A stretch of 61,036 bases of DNA from Gemmatimonadota bacterium (GCA_039587215.1 JBDHIW010000005.1:1-61036); one strand, 5' to 3'. Counted from the stretch's first letter, positions 51,581-60,038 are shown. The notes: generated from the letters alone by a model not told the origin. Numbers and translations: made by a program.

Positions 51581-51943
51581 ATGCACGACATCGGAAACCT
51601 CGACGCGTCCGGACGTCGGATGCGACTCACCGCAGGGGTCGTGGCGATCGCCGTGGGCGTCGTGCTCGCGGCGGCCCTGGTGGCGCTCGACGCGGGGACC
51701 GGGTGGCGGCTCCTCACCTTCATTCCCTTCTGGGCCGGATCGCTCGGAATCCTCCAGGCCGGCACCAAGACCTGAATGGGACTCGCGGCGCGCGGTGCGC
51801 GCCAGGTCGACGGGTCGGGCGTCATCCCCATCGATGACGAACCCCTGAAGGCGGAATTGCGGCGTAAGGGTCGGCGCATCCTCCTCGAGAGCGCAGCCGT
51901 CGCCGCGGTACTCGCGACCGCCGCGGCGTTCGTCACCGCCTGA
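51581..51943 (+). CDS. DUF2892-like small membrane protein; candidate selenoprotein if TGA 51773-51775 is read through (otherwise two ORFs, 51581..51775 and 51776..51943)
   Basis: ATG 51581 (MHDIGNLDASGRRMRLTAGVV...). Two TM segments, then ...SLGILQAGTKT-[TGA]-MGLAARGARQ... continues in the same frame with unchanged G/C third-position bias to TGA 51941-51943. The TGA falls where the in-window DUF2892 paralog has its conserved Cys (LVQSSLTRWC). Confidence 0.45.
51787..51803 (+). promoter_or_regulatory. SECIS-like hairpin 11 nt downstream of TGA 51773
   Basis: GGCGCGC-GGU-GCGCGCC is a perfect 7-bp stem with a GGU loop. The spacer atgggactcgc is 11 nt, the same spacing as the fdhA SECIS in this window. 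GC-rich palindromes are common here, so chance cannot be excluded. Confidence 0.35.
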
Positions 51944-52017
51944 CGATTCCATAGCGGGAGCTTCAGAGCGCCCGTATCTTCCGACATTCGCTCTTGTTCG
52001 CACGCGGACGTCCCGAC

Positions 52018-53034
52018 ATGACCAACACCACCGAAACCCGCCGGCTCGGCCGGACCGGACCCCTCACGACCGGCGAACGCCCGGGCGCCGAGCGGAATCC
52101 CGGCGTGCCGCTGGACATGGACTGGATCCGCTCGCTGCAGGTCAATCGCAGCGCCGTGGAGCGGCGGGCGGCGACGATTCCGAAGCGCCGCACGGTCAAG
52201 AAGGAGTGGCAGGTCGCGTGGCTGCTGCGCGCGATCACGTGCCTCGACCTCACGACGCTCGCCGGCGACGACACCGACGGTACGGTTCGCCGTCTGTGCG
52301 GCAAGGCGCGGCAGCCGGTACGCGGCGACCTGCTCGACGTCCTCGGTGTCTCGCCGGACGCGATCCGCGTCGGCGCGGTCTGTGTCTACCATCAGTTCGT
52401 GGAGACCGCGCGCGACGCCCTCGCGGGCGCGGGCATTCCGATCGCCGCCGTCTCCACCGGCTTCCCGGCGGGCCTCAGTCCGTTCGCGCAGCGCCTCGAA
52501 GAGATTCACGCCTCGGTCGCCGCCGGGGCGCGGGAAATCGACATCGTCATCACGCGGGCGCACGTACTCACGGGCAACTGGCGCGCGCTGTACGACGAGG
52601 TGCGGGCCTTCCGCGAGGCCTGCGGCCCCGCCCACCTCAAGACGATCCTGGCGACGGGAGAGCTCGGACCGCTCCGCAACGTGGCGCGGGCAAGCTGGGT
52701 GTGCATGATGGCGGGCGCCGACTTCATCAAGACGTCGACCGGCAAGGAGTCGGTCAACGCCACGCTGCCGGTCGGGCTCGTCATGGCCCGCGCGATCCGC
52801 GGGTACCGGGAGCAGACGACCCACGCGGTCGGGCTCAAACCGGCGGGGGGCATCCGTCAGGCCAAGCAGGCGCTGGACTGGCTCCTGCTCGTCAAGGACG
52901 AACTCGGCAACGCCTGGCTCGACCCGTCGCGGTTCCGGTTCGGGGCCAGCTCGCTCCTCTCCGACATCGAGCGCCAAGTCGAACACTTCGTCACCGGTCG
53001 GTACTCGGCCTTCCACCGTCACCCGATGGCGTGA
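52018..53034 (+). CDS. deoC: Deoxyribose-phosphate aldolase (long DeoC type)
   Basis: ATG 52018 (the track start is TTG 51994). LDLTTLAGDDT, EIDIVI, GADFIKTSTGK (Schiff-base Lys region), LKPAGGIR. Confidence 0.85.
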   Translation: MTNTTETRRLGRTGPLTTGERPGAERNPGVPLDMDWIRSLQVNRSAVERRAATIPKRRTVKKEWQVAWLLRAITCLDLTTLAGDDTDGTVRRLCGKARQPVRGDLLDVLGVSPDAIRVGAVCVYHQFVETARDALAGAGIPIAAVSTGFPAGLSPFAQRLEEIHASVAAGAREIDIVITRAHVLTGNWRALYDEVRAFREACGPAHLKTILATGELGPLRNVARASWVCMMAGADFIKTSTGKESVNATLPVGLVMARAIRGYREQTTHAVGLKPAGGIRQAKQALDWLLLVKDELGNAWLDPSRFRFGASSLLSDIERQVEHFVTGRYSAFHRHPMA

Positions 53035-53041
53035 GCACCTC

Positions 53042-55411
53042 ATGACCAACGTCGCCGACATTCTGGAGAGCATGGCCTACGGGCCGGCGCCCGAAGGGGC
53101 CGAACCCGCCACGGAGTGGCTGGAGCGGCACGGCGGACGCTTCGGCCACTTCATCGGCGGCGCGTGGCGCGGCGCGGACGCGACCGATCGTTTCGAGACG
53201 ATCAACCCCGCCACCGCGGCCCCCCTGGCCAGCGTCGCGCAGGGCACGGCGGACGACGTCGACGCCGCGGTCCGGGCCGCACGCGAGGCCTACGCCGGAT
53301 GGAGCGCACTGGATGGGCACGCGCGGGCGCGCTACCTGTACGCCCTCGCGCGGCACATCCAGAAGCACGCGCGGCTCTTTGCCGTCTTGGAGACGCTCGA
53401 CAACGGCAAGCCCATTCGCGAGTCGCGGGACATCGACATTCCGCTCGTCGCCAGGCACTTCTACCACCACGCCGGATGGGCGGAGCTGATGGAGTCGCGA
53501 CTCGGCGATTACGGCCCCGTCGGCGTGATCGGTCAGATCGTTCCGTGGAACTTCCCGCTCCTGATGCTGGCGTGGAAGGTGGCGCCCGCTCTCGCGATGG
53601 GGAACACGGTGGTCCTCAAGCCCGCGGAGTTCACGCCGCTCACGAGTTTGCTGTTCGGCGAGATCTGCGAGGCGGTCGGCCTTCCGCCCGGCGTCGTGAA
53701 CGTCGTGACGGGAGACGGTCGCACGGGGGCGCTGCTCGTCGACCACGACGACGTGGACAAGATCGCATTCACCGGCTCCACCGAGGTGGGACGTCTCATC
53801 CGCGAAGCCACCGCCGGCACCGGCAAGCGGCTCTCACTCGAGCTCGGCGGCAAGTCGCCCTTCGTGGTCTACGAAGACGCCGACCTCGACAGCGTCGTCG
53901 AGGGCGTGGTAGACGCCATCTGGTTCAACCAGGGGCAGGTCTGCTGCGCCGGCTCGCGCATTCTCGTCCAGGAAGGCGTCTCCCAGCAGCTCATCGACAA
54001 GCTCAAGGCCCGCATGGAGACTCTGCGGATCGGCGACCCCCTGGACAAGGCCGTGGACATGGGCGCCATCGTCGCCCCCGTGCAGCTCGAGAAGATTCAG
54101 CAGCTCGTGCGGCAGGGAGCGGACGAGGGCGCGGCCATCTGGCAGCCGTCCTGGAGCACGCCGCGCGAGGGGTACTTCTATCCGCCCACCCTCTGCACCG
54201 ACGTCACGCCGTCGTCGACGATCTCCCAGGTGGAGATCTTCGGTCCCGTCGTGGTGCTGATGACGTTCCGTACGCCGGCCGAGGCGATCGCGCTCGCGAA
54301 CAACACCCGCTACGGGCTCGCGGCGAGCGTCTGGTCGGAGAACATCAACACGGCCCTCGACACCGCGCGCCGGGTGAAGGCGGGAACGGTGTGGATCAAC
54401 TGCACGAACGTGTTCGACGCGGCGTCGGGGTTCGGCGGCTACCGCGAGAGCGGGTTCGGGCGCGAAGGCGGCCTCGAGGGACTCTGGGAATACGTGCGGC
54501 TTCGTGACGAGCCCCCGGCCGGCGACGCGCCCGGCGGCACAGCCCCCGTCGCGGTCGACGCCGACGCCATCGACCGCACCCCCAAGCTCTACATCGGCGG
54601 CGCCCAGGCCCGTCCCGACGGCGGCTACAGCCTCGCGGTCGCGGCGCCGGACGGCACGCGGGTCGGCGAGGTCGGACGCGGCAACCGCAAGGACCTCCGG
54701 AACGCCGTCGAGGCCGCACGGAAGGCCGAAGGCTGGTCCGGCACCACGTCACACCTGCGCGCGCAGATTCTCTACTACATCGCCGAGAACCTCCAGGCGC
54801 GTCACGCGGAGTTCGCCGAGCGGCTGCAGGTGCAGGTCGGCGCGCCTGCCGACGCCGCCGATGCCGAAGTGCACCGCGCAGTCCGGCGGCTGTTCACCTA
54901 CGCCGCATGGGCGGATAAGTGGGACGGCCACGTGCACCACACGCCGTTCCGCAACGTCACGCTCGCCATGCCGGAGCCCATCGGGGTGATGGGCCTCGTC
55001 TGCCCGGACGTCCCCCCGCTCCTCGGCGCGGTGTCCCTGCTGGCACCCGCCGTCGCCGCGGGCAACACCGTCGTGCTCGTGCCCTCGGAGCGTCACCCGC
55101 TCTCGGTGACCGATCTCTACCAGGTACTCGACACGTCCGACGTTCCCGCGGGCGTCATCAACATCGTGACCGGCCTGCGCGCGGAACTCACGGAGACGCT
55201 CGCGGCCCACGACGGGGTCGACGCGCTGTGGTACTTCGGCGGCGACGAGGGCGGCGGCTCGGTCGAGCGCCTCTCCACCGGCAATATGAAACGCACCTGG
55301 GTCGACGGCGGCCGCACGCGCGCGTGGGACCACGGACCGCACGCCGAGGGCGAAGAGTTCCTGCGCGAGGCGACGCAGATCAAGAACATCTGGGTGCCGT
55401 ACGGAGACTGA
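53042..55411 (+). CDS. Didomain aldehyde dehydrogenase: complete catalytic ALDH plus a C-terminal truncated ALDH-like domain
   Basis: Domain 1 has IVPWNFPLLM, VVLKPAEFTP, LELGGKSP (catalytic Glu), FNQGQVCCAGSR (catalytic Cys) and ESGFGREGG. Domain 2 (from about residue 500) repeats the N-terminal/cofactor half (PEPIGVMGLVCPDVPPLL, GNTVVLVPSE) but ends before any catalytic Cys motif. Confidence 0.85.
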   Translation: MTNVADILESMAYGPAPEGAEPATEWLERHGGRFGHFIGGAWRGADATDRFETINPATAAPLASVAQGTADDVDAAVRAAREAYAGWSALDGHARARYLYALARHIQKHARLFAVLETLDNGKPIRESRDIDIPLVARHFYHHAGWAELMESRLGDYGPVGVIGQIVPWNFPLLMLAWKVAPALAMGNTVVLKPAEFTPLTSLLFGEICEAVGLPPGVVNVVTGDGRTGALLVDHDDVDKIAFTGSTEVGRLIREATAGTGKRLSLELGGKSPFVVYEDADLDSVVEGVVDAIWFNQGQVCCAGSRILVQEGVSQQLIDKLKARMETLRIGDPLDKAVDMGAIVAPVQLEKIQQLVRQGADEGAAIWQPSWSTPREGYFYPPTLCTDVTPSSTISQVEIFGPVVVLMTFRTPAEAIALANNTRYGLAASVWSENINTALDTARRVKAGTVWINCTNVFDAASGFGGYRESGFGREGGLEGLWEYVRLRDEPPAGDAPGGTAPVAVDADAIDRTPKLYIGGAQARPDGGYSLAVAAPDGTRVGEVGRGNRKDLRNAVEAARKAEGWSGTTSHLRAQILYYIAENLQARHAEFAERLQVQVGAPADAADAEVHRAVRRLFTYAAWADKWDGHVHHTPFRNVTLAMPEPIGVMGLVCPDVPPLLGAVSLLAPAVAAGNTVVLVPSERHPLSVTDLYQVLDTSDVPAGVINIVTGLRAELTETLAAHDGVDALWYFGGDEGGGSVERLSTGNMKRTWVDGGRTRAWDHGPHAEGEEFLREATQIKNIWVPYGD

Positions 55412-55869
55412 TGCGCGCCGCTCGGACGACTTCGGGGTTCACCCTCCTCGAGACACTCGTCGTCCTCATCGTCATGGGCATCCTGGTGGCGATGACCGTA
55501 TGGCGGATGGGCCCGGCGCTCGAACGCGGTCGCGTTCGGCAGGCGGCTGGGGCAATCGCCGGCGACCTGATGTTCGCGCAGGCCGAAGCGGCGCGCGGAC
55601 GCTCGGCCGTCGTCGTCGTGCTGGTGCCCGGACTCGGGACGCTCTTCGTGCGTGACCGGGCCGACCCCACACGCATCTACCGCCAGCGTGACCTGAGCGG
55701 CGACAGCGAGTACGCACTCGACTCGCTGACCGCGACGCCGACCAACATGATCGAGATCCTCCCCAACGGACTCGCCCGGCAGACCGTCACCTTCACCGCG
55801 GCAAGCGGGCCGTTCGTGCGCACGGTCCTCCTCACGCGGGCGGGACAGATTCGTGTCGAGTCACCGTAG
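55411..55869 (+). CDS. Prepilin-type minor pilin/pseudopilin (FimT/GspH-like)
   Basis: Tail of track ORF 54919..55869. ATG overlaps the ALDH stop (TGATG). Prepilin cleavage/methylation motif TSG-FTLLETLVVLIVMGIL. Confidence 0.75.
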   Translation: MRAARTTSGFTLLETLVVLIVMGILVAMTVWRMGPALERGRVRQAAGAIAGDLMFAQAEAARGRSAVVVVLVPGLGTLFVRDRADPTRIYRQRDLSGDSEYALDSLTATPTNMIEILPNGLARQTVTFTAASGPFVRTVLLTRAGQIRVESP

Positions 55870-56266
55870 TCGCGTCGGCGGCCGCGCGGGCATGTCCCTC
55901 GTGGAAGTCGTCATCGCCCTCACGATCCTCACCACCGTATTGATGTCGCTCGGAGCGCTGATGGCATCGGTCGCCCGGCACGCTCGTCGGGCCACGGCCG
56001 CCACGTACGTCACTGCGGCGGCGACCACCGCCTCCGCCTGGGCGCAGGCGCTCCCGTGGGACAGCCTCGACGGATCGCTACCCTGCATCACGGACACGAT
56101 CGGCGTCTTCACGTACGACCGATGCACCACGCTGCAGGACAGCACGACCAGGCTCACCCGCGTCATCATGGTGATCGTGCCGACCGGTCCGGTCACCGCG
56201 CCCGCGGAGACGGTCGTCGTGGATCGGTATCGGCTCCGCGACCCCTCACCCTTCAACGCCAACTGA
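55853..56266 (+). CDS. Prepilin-type minor pilin (PilV-like)
   Basis: GTG start. Leader then G-MSLVEVVIALTILTTVL prepilin motif. 137 aa. Confidence 0.7.
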   Translation: MSSHRSRVGGRAGMSLVEVVIALTILTTVLMSLGALMASVARHARRATAATYVTAAATTASAWAQALPWDSLDGSLPCITDTIGVFTYDRCTTLQDSTTRLTRVIMVIVPTGPVTAPAETVVVDRYRLRDPSPFNAN

Positions 56267-57108
56267 TGTCGCGCGGCTTCACGCTGGTCGAGTTGCTCGT
56301 GGCGATCACGGTTGCCGCGGTGCTGGGCGTGGGCCTCACGCGGCTCATGATCAGCGACTCCCGGTTCGTCGGACGGCAGGACGCGATGATGGACGCGCGT
56401 CAAGCGGCCCGCGCAGCCGTGACCGTGCTCGCTACCGACCTGAGGATGGTGACGGGCCGCGGCGGCATCCTCGCGGCCGTCCCCGAGAGCGTGACGGTCC
56501 GCGTCCCTGCCGCGTTCGGACTCACGTGCCAGCGGTCGGCGGACACGGTGTACGCCGTCCTCGCCCCGGCCGATCCGGGACGGGACACGACGCAGAACGG
56601 GTTTGGCATCGCCAAGCTGGAGTCGGGGGGGTACGATTTCGGGCTGGACCCGGTCGACACCGTCATGGTGGCGGACACGACCATGTGCGCCGCCGTCGGC
56701 GTGCGGCTGCCGCCCGACGGCCAGCTCACGCAACTCCTCGGCGCCCGGATCGGCGCGACCCGCGCCAACTCCCCGACTCTGAGCGTCGGCCAGATCTTCT
56801 TCCTCTACAGGGAGATGACGTACCGGTTCGCCCCGTCCGTCATGGTGCCCGGCCGCGTGGGTCTCTGGTATCGCGCGGGCGACGCCCCGGCCGTCGAACT
56901 GGCGGCGCCGTTCGACACGACGTCGCGGTTCGCGTTTCTCACGGGGCCCGGCCTCTCCGTTTCGGAGACGCCGCCCGGAAACCTCGGCGATCTCCGCGGC
57001 CTGGAGTTGCGGGTCACCGGCATGGCCACGCAGGAAGTCCCGGGCGACGACGGTCCGCGCCGGTTCTCGCTGACCACGCGCGTCGGGTTTGCGAATCGGA
57101 GCGACTGA
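56266..57108 (+). CDS. Prepilin-type minor pilin (PilW-like)
   Basis: Tail of track ORF 56056..57108. ATG overlaps the upstream stop (TGATG). MSRG-FTLVELLVAITVAAVL prepilin motif. 280 aa. Confidence 0.75.
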   Translation: MSRGFTLVELLVAITVAAVLGVGLTRLMISDSRFVGRQDAMMDARQAARAAVTVLATDLRMVTGRGGILAAVPESVTVRVPAAFGLTCQRSADTVYAVLAPADPGRDTTQNGFGIAKLESGGYDFGLDPVDTVMVADTTMCAAVGVRLPPDGQLTQLLGARIGATRANSPTLSVGQIFFLYREMTYRFAPSVMVPGRVGLWYRAGDAPAVELAAPFDTTSRFAFLTGPGLSVSETPPGNLGDLRGLELRVTGMATQEVPGDDGPRRFSLTTRVGFANRSD

Positions 57109-57112
57109 CCGG

Positions 57113-58159
57113 ATGCCCGCCCGCACCGAACGCGGCTTCGCGCTGCCGCTCACGCTCTTCGTGGTCGTGCTCATCACGATGCTCCTCGCAGCCGCGTTCG
57201 TGCGGGCCGGCGCCGACCGCCGTCTCGGCGAGAGCGACGGAGACATGGTCGACGCGCTGACGATCGCCCAGAGTGGGCTCGCGCAGTACCTCGAGTACTA
57301 CAGCCGCCTCAACCAGCGGCCTGCCGACGGCGACTCCGTGTTCTTCGCGAGTATCCCGCCCGGTGGCACCGCCACGGTGACCGCGCACGTCCTCCGCATG
57401 CCGACGGACACGCTGGATCCGATCGTGTATCTGGTGCAGTCGCGCGGCACCCGGATCGATCCGGCCATGGGGGCAGCGGCGCGCGCGCGGCGCGTCGTGA
57501 CCCAGTTCGCCGAGTGGCGGTCGGGCTCGCTGACGCCGCACGCCGCCTTCGTGGCCGTGACCAACGTCGACCTGGTCGACACCACGGCCAACCGTGGGCG
57601 CGCACGCGGACACACGGGCAGCGACGGCGCCGGCGTGCTCATCACCGTGGGTGCCGACCAGTCGGCGTGCGGCCGCCCGGCGATCCCCGACTACGACGAC
57701 AACGGCATGGGCTCCGCGACGCGAATCCGCGATCTGCTCGAGATCGACTGGATCCGGATCACGACCGAAGGCTACGAAGCCGACTACACGACGCTCCAAG
57801 ACCCGCGCACGTGGTCGTCGTATTTCATCGACGGCGACCTGACCCTCGACGTCGACGGCAGCGGACTGCTGGTCGTCACCGGCGTCCTGACTACTACGGG
57901 GGCGTCGATCGTGTGGGACGGCGTCGTCATCGTCGGCGACTCGGCGGTCTTCGGCGCCGGAACCACGACCATCAACGGCATGCTGTACACCGGCCTCGAC
58001 CGGGGCCTGATCGGACAGGGGCCCGGCCCGGCGATCGTCGACGCACTCACGACGACGCAAGTGTACTATCACGGATGCAACGTCGACTCGGCCATGACGT
58101 CCGTCACGGGCTTCGCGGCAATCCCCAACACCTGGCTCGACCGATGGATGGCGCAGTGA
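57113..58159 (+). CDS. PilX-like minor pilin / pilus assembly protein
   Basis: ATG 57113. ERGFALPLTLFVVVLITMLLAAAF is the hydrophobic N-terminus typical of the PilX_N domain. 348 aa. Confidence 0.65.
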   Translation: MPARTERGFALPLTLFVVVLITMLLAAAFVRAGADRRLGESDGDMVDALTIAQSGLAQYLEYYSRLNQRPADGDSVFFASIPPGGTATVTAHVLRMPTDTLDPIVYLVQSRGTRIDPAMGAAARARRVVTQFAEWRSGSLTPHAAFVAVTNVDLVDTTANRGRARGHTGSDGAGVLITVGADQSACGRPAIPDYDDNGMGSATRIRDLLEIDWIRITTEGYEADYTTLQDPRTWSSYFIDGDLTLDVDGSGLLVVTGVLTTTGASIVWDGVVIVGDSAVFGAGTTTINGMLYTGLDRGLIGQGPGPAIVDALTTTQVYYHGCNVDSAMTSVTGFAAIPNTWLDRWMAQ

Positions 58160-58767
58160 GCCGCGCGCGCGCCCTTGCGATCGTGCTCGTCGCGTTGTGG
58201 GCGTGCGGGCCGGGAACGCCGCGGCCCGGAGACCTGCGCGGCGTGGCACTCGCCGCGCCGTGGGCGAAGCCCGACTTCGTACTCACCGACACCGACGGTG
58301 CCGCCTTCGACTTTCGTGCGGCCACCGCCGGCACCGTGACCATGCTGTTCTTCGGATTCACCGAGTGCCCGGACATCTGTCCCGTGCAGCTCGCGAACCT
58401 CGCCGCGGCGCTCGACAAGCAACCTGGCGAGGTCGCCCGCGCGGTGCGCGTCGTCTTCGTGACGACCGATCCCGAGCGCGACACCCCCGAACGGGTACGC
58501 AGCTGGCTCAACGGCTTCAGCCGCGACTTCGTGGGGCTCGTCGGTCCGATTGACTCGGTCAACGCTATTCAGCAGCGGATCGGCCTGGCGCCCGCGGTGC
58601 GCATCCCGCTCGAGGACGACGACTACACGATCGGGCATGCCGCTCAGATCGTGGCCTACACGGCGGACGAGCGGGCGCACGTCGTCTACCCGTCGGGCGT
58701 ACGTCAGGACGACTGGGCGCACGACCTGCCGCTGCTGGTGCGCGGGCAGTGGGGCGCGCGGCCGTGA
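58144..58767 (+). CDS. SCO/SenC-family copper chaperone (thioredoxin fold)
   Basis: Tail of track ORF 57514..58767. Lipoprotein-like LVALWACG. CxxxC copper motif FGFTECPDICP. Downstream His in YTIGHAAQI. The start is ATG 58144 or GTG 58156, both overlapping the PilX-like stop. Confidence 0.85.
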   Translation: MDGAVSRARALAIVLVALWACGPGTPRPGDLRGVALAAPWAKPDFVLTDTDGAAFDFRAATAGTVTMLFFGFTECPDICPVQLANLAAALDKQPGEVARAVRVVFVTTDPERDTPERVRSWLNGFSRDFVGLVGPIDSVNAIQQRIGLAPAVRIPLEDDDYTIGHAAQIVAYTADERAHVVYPSGVRQDDWAHDLPLLVRGQWGARP

Positions 58768-59600
58768 CCTTCACGTGGTGGTGCTCGGCCCTGGACGAAC
58801 CGTGGAGCTGGGCCTGGCAGGCGTATCCGGGCGTGTGGGTCGTCGTCGCGCTGCTCGCGGGCGGCTACGTCTGGGCCGCGCGCCGCGCGCCCGATCGCGA
58901 GCCCCTGACGATGCGCCACCTGGGTCCCTTCGGCCTCGGTATGCTGGCGCTCTGGGCCGTGCTCGACTGGCCGGTCGGACCCCTCGGCGCCGGGTATCTC
59001 GCGAGCGTGCACACCGCACAGTACCTCGTGCTCGCGCTCGTCGTTCCCGGCCTGCTGCTGGCGGGGACTCCCCCGTGGATGCTGCGGCGCGTGCTCGGCT
59101 CCGGACGTCGGCTGCGCGTCGTGCGGGTGTGCACGCGACCGATTCTCGCCTTCGCGTTCTTCAACGTGGTCATGGCCGGTACGCACATCCCGGCAGTGGT
59201 GGACGCGCTCAAGGTCTCGCAGCTCGGCTCGTTCGCGATCGACCTCTGCTGGTTCCTCGCCGGGTTTGCGTTCTGGCTGCCCGTCATGGCGCCCCTGCCG
59301 GAGCTCGACCCCCCGCGCCTGCCGGGCCGCATCGTGTTCGCGCTGGCCAACGTGTTCCTGCCGACCGTCCCGGCGAGCTTCCTGACCTTCGCCGAGTATC
59401 CGATCTACGCCGTCTACGAGCTCGCGCCGCGCGTCACCGCGCTCTCCGCAGTCGAGGACCAGCAGATCGCGGGACTCACCATGAAGATCGGCGGGGGCAT
59501 CATCATCTTCACGACGGCGTCGGCCCTCTTCTTCCGATGGTACCGCGCGCACAGCGCGGAGGAGTCGACGGCGCTTCAGGTCCCGTCGACGTCGTCGTAG
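58764..59600 (+). CDS. ctaG: Cytochrome c oxidase assembly factor CtaG (Caa3_CtaG family membrane protein)
   Basis: GTG 58764 overlaps the SCO stop (GTGA). VTFTWWCSALDEPWSW N-terminus, multiple TM segments, and SAVEDQQIAGLTMKIGGG motif typical of Caa3-type CtaG. Confidence 0.8.
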   Translation: MTFTWWCSALDEPWSWAWQAYPGVWVVVALLAGGYVWAARRAPDREPLTMRHLGPFGLGMLALWAVLDWPVGPLGAGYLASVHTAQYLVLALVVPGLLLAGTPPWMLRRVLGSGRRLRVVRVCTRPILAFAFFNVVMAGTHIPAVVDALKVSQLGSFAIDLCWFLAGFAFWLPVMAPLPELDPPRLPGRIVFALANVFLPTVPASFLTFAEYPIYAVYELAPRVTALSAVEDQQIAGLTMKIGGGIIIFTTASALFFRWYRAHSAEESTALQVPSTSS

Positions 59601-59959
59601 CCAGGGTACCCCAAGAACCCCTCCCGCCGCAGCATCTGAATGAGCGAGCCGAGCCGTTCTTCGGCCGGCTCGACGGTCTCCCCGAACGCCTCCCGCAGCA
59701 GCGCCGCCACCTCGGCGACCGACCGGGAACCGCTCATTGCGAGCCACGCCACCTTGCCCACGTCGTCGAGGCGGATGCGCTGGGTGGCCGCGTGGCTGAG
59801 CAGCCGGTTGACGGCGCCGAGCACCCCACGTCCGCGCGGCCTGGGACGGTGCAGGACCAGCACGCCGTCGTCCCGCTCCTCCCACTCGGCGAGCCGGACC
59901 GGGCGGAGCTCCAGCAGGTTCACGTCCTCCAGCGGGTTGCGCCGCTTGAAGCCGAACAC
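59576..59959 (-). CDS. PqqD-family protein (stand-alone RiPP-recognition-element-like)
   Basis: GTG start. ...LDDVGKVAWLAMSGSRSVAEVAALLREAFGETVEPAEERLGSLIQMLRREGFL matches the PqqD winged-helix pattern. Its 3' end overlaps the ctaG 3' end by 25 nt (convergent). Confidence 0.7.
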   Translation of the reverse strand: MFGFKRRNPLEDVNLLELRPVRLAEWEERDDGVLVLHRPRPRGRGVLGAVNRLLSHAATQRIRLDDVGKVAWLAMSGSRSVAEVAALLREAFGETVEPAEERLGSLIQMLRREGFLGYPGYDDVDGT

Positions 59960-59989
59960 TATCGGCTCCGGTGTTGGTCCCGGAACGCA

Positions 59990-60015
59990 AACCGCCTCCC
60001 CGAGGGGAGGCGGTT
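59990..60015 (-). terminator. Intrinsic terminator after the OPT transporter gene
   Basis: aaccgcctcccc-ga-ggggaggcggtt is a perfect 12-nt inverted repeat. On the minus strand it is followed by TTTGCGTT. It lies 24 nt after the OPT stop at 60039. Confidence 0.65.
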
Positions 60016-60038
60016 GCGACTCCGGAGGGTCGGCCGGG

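Noticed and set aside
51457-53073. 642-aa minus ORF 51145..53073 as a single large gene
   Set aside because: Only the last about 104 codons form an ArsR/SmtB winged-helix protein. The remainder is Arg-rich shadow antisense to deoC and to the small membrane ORF.
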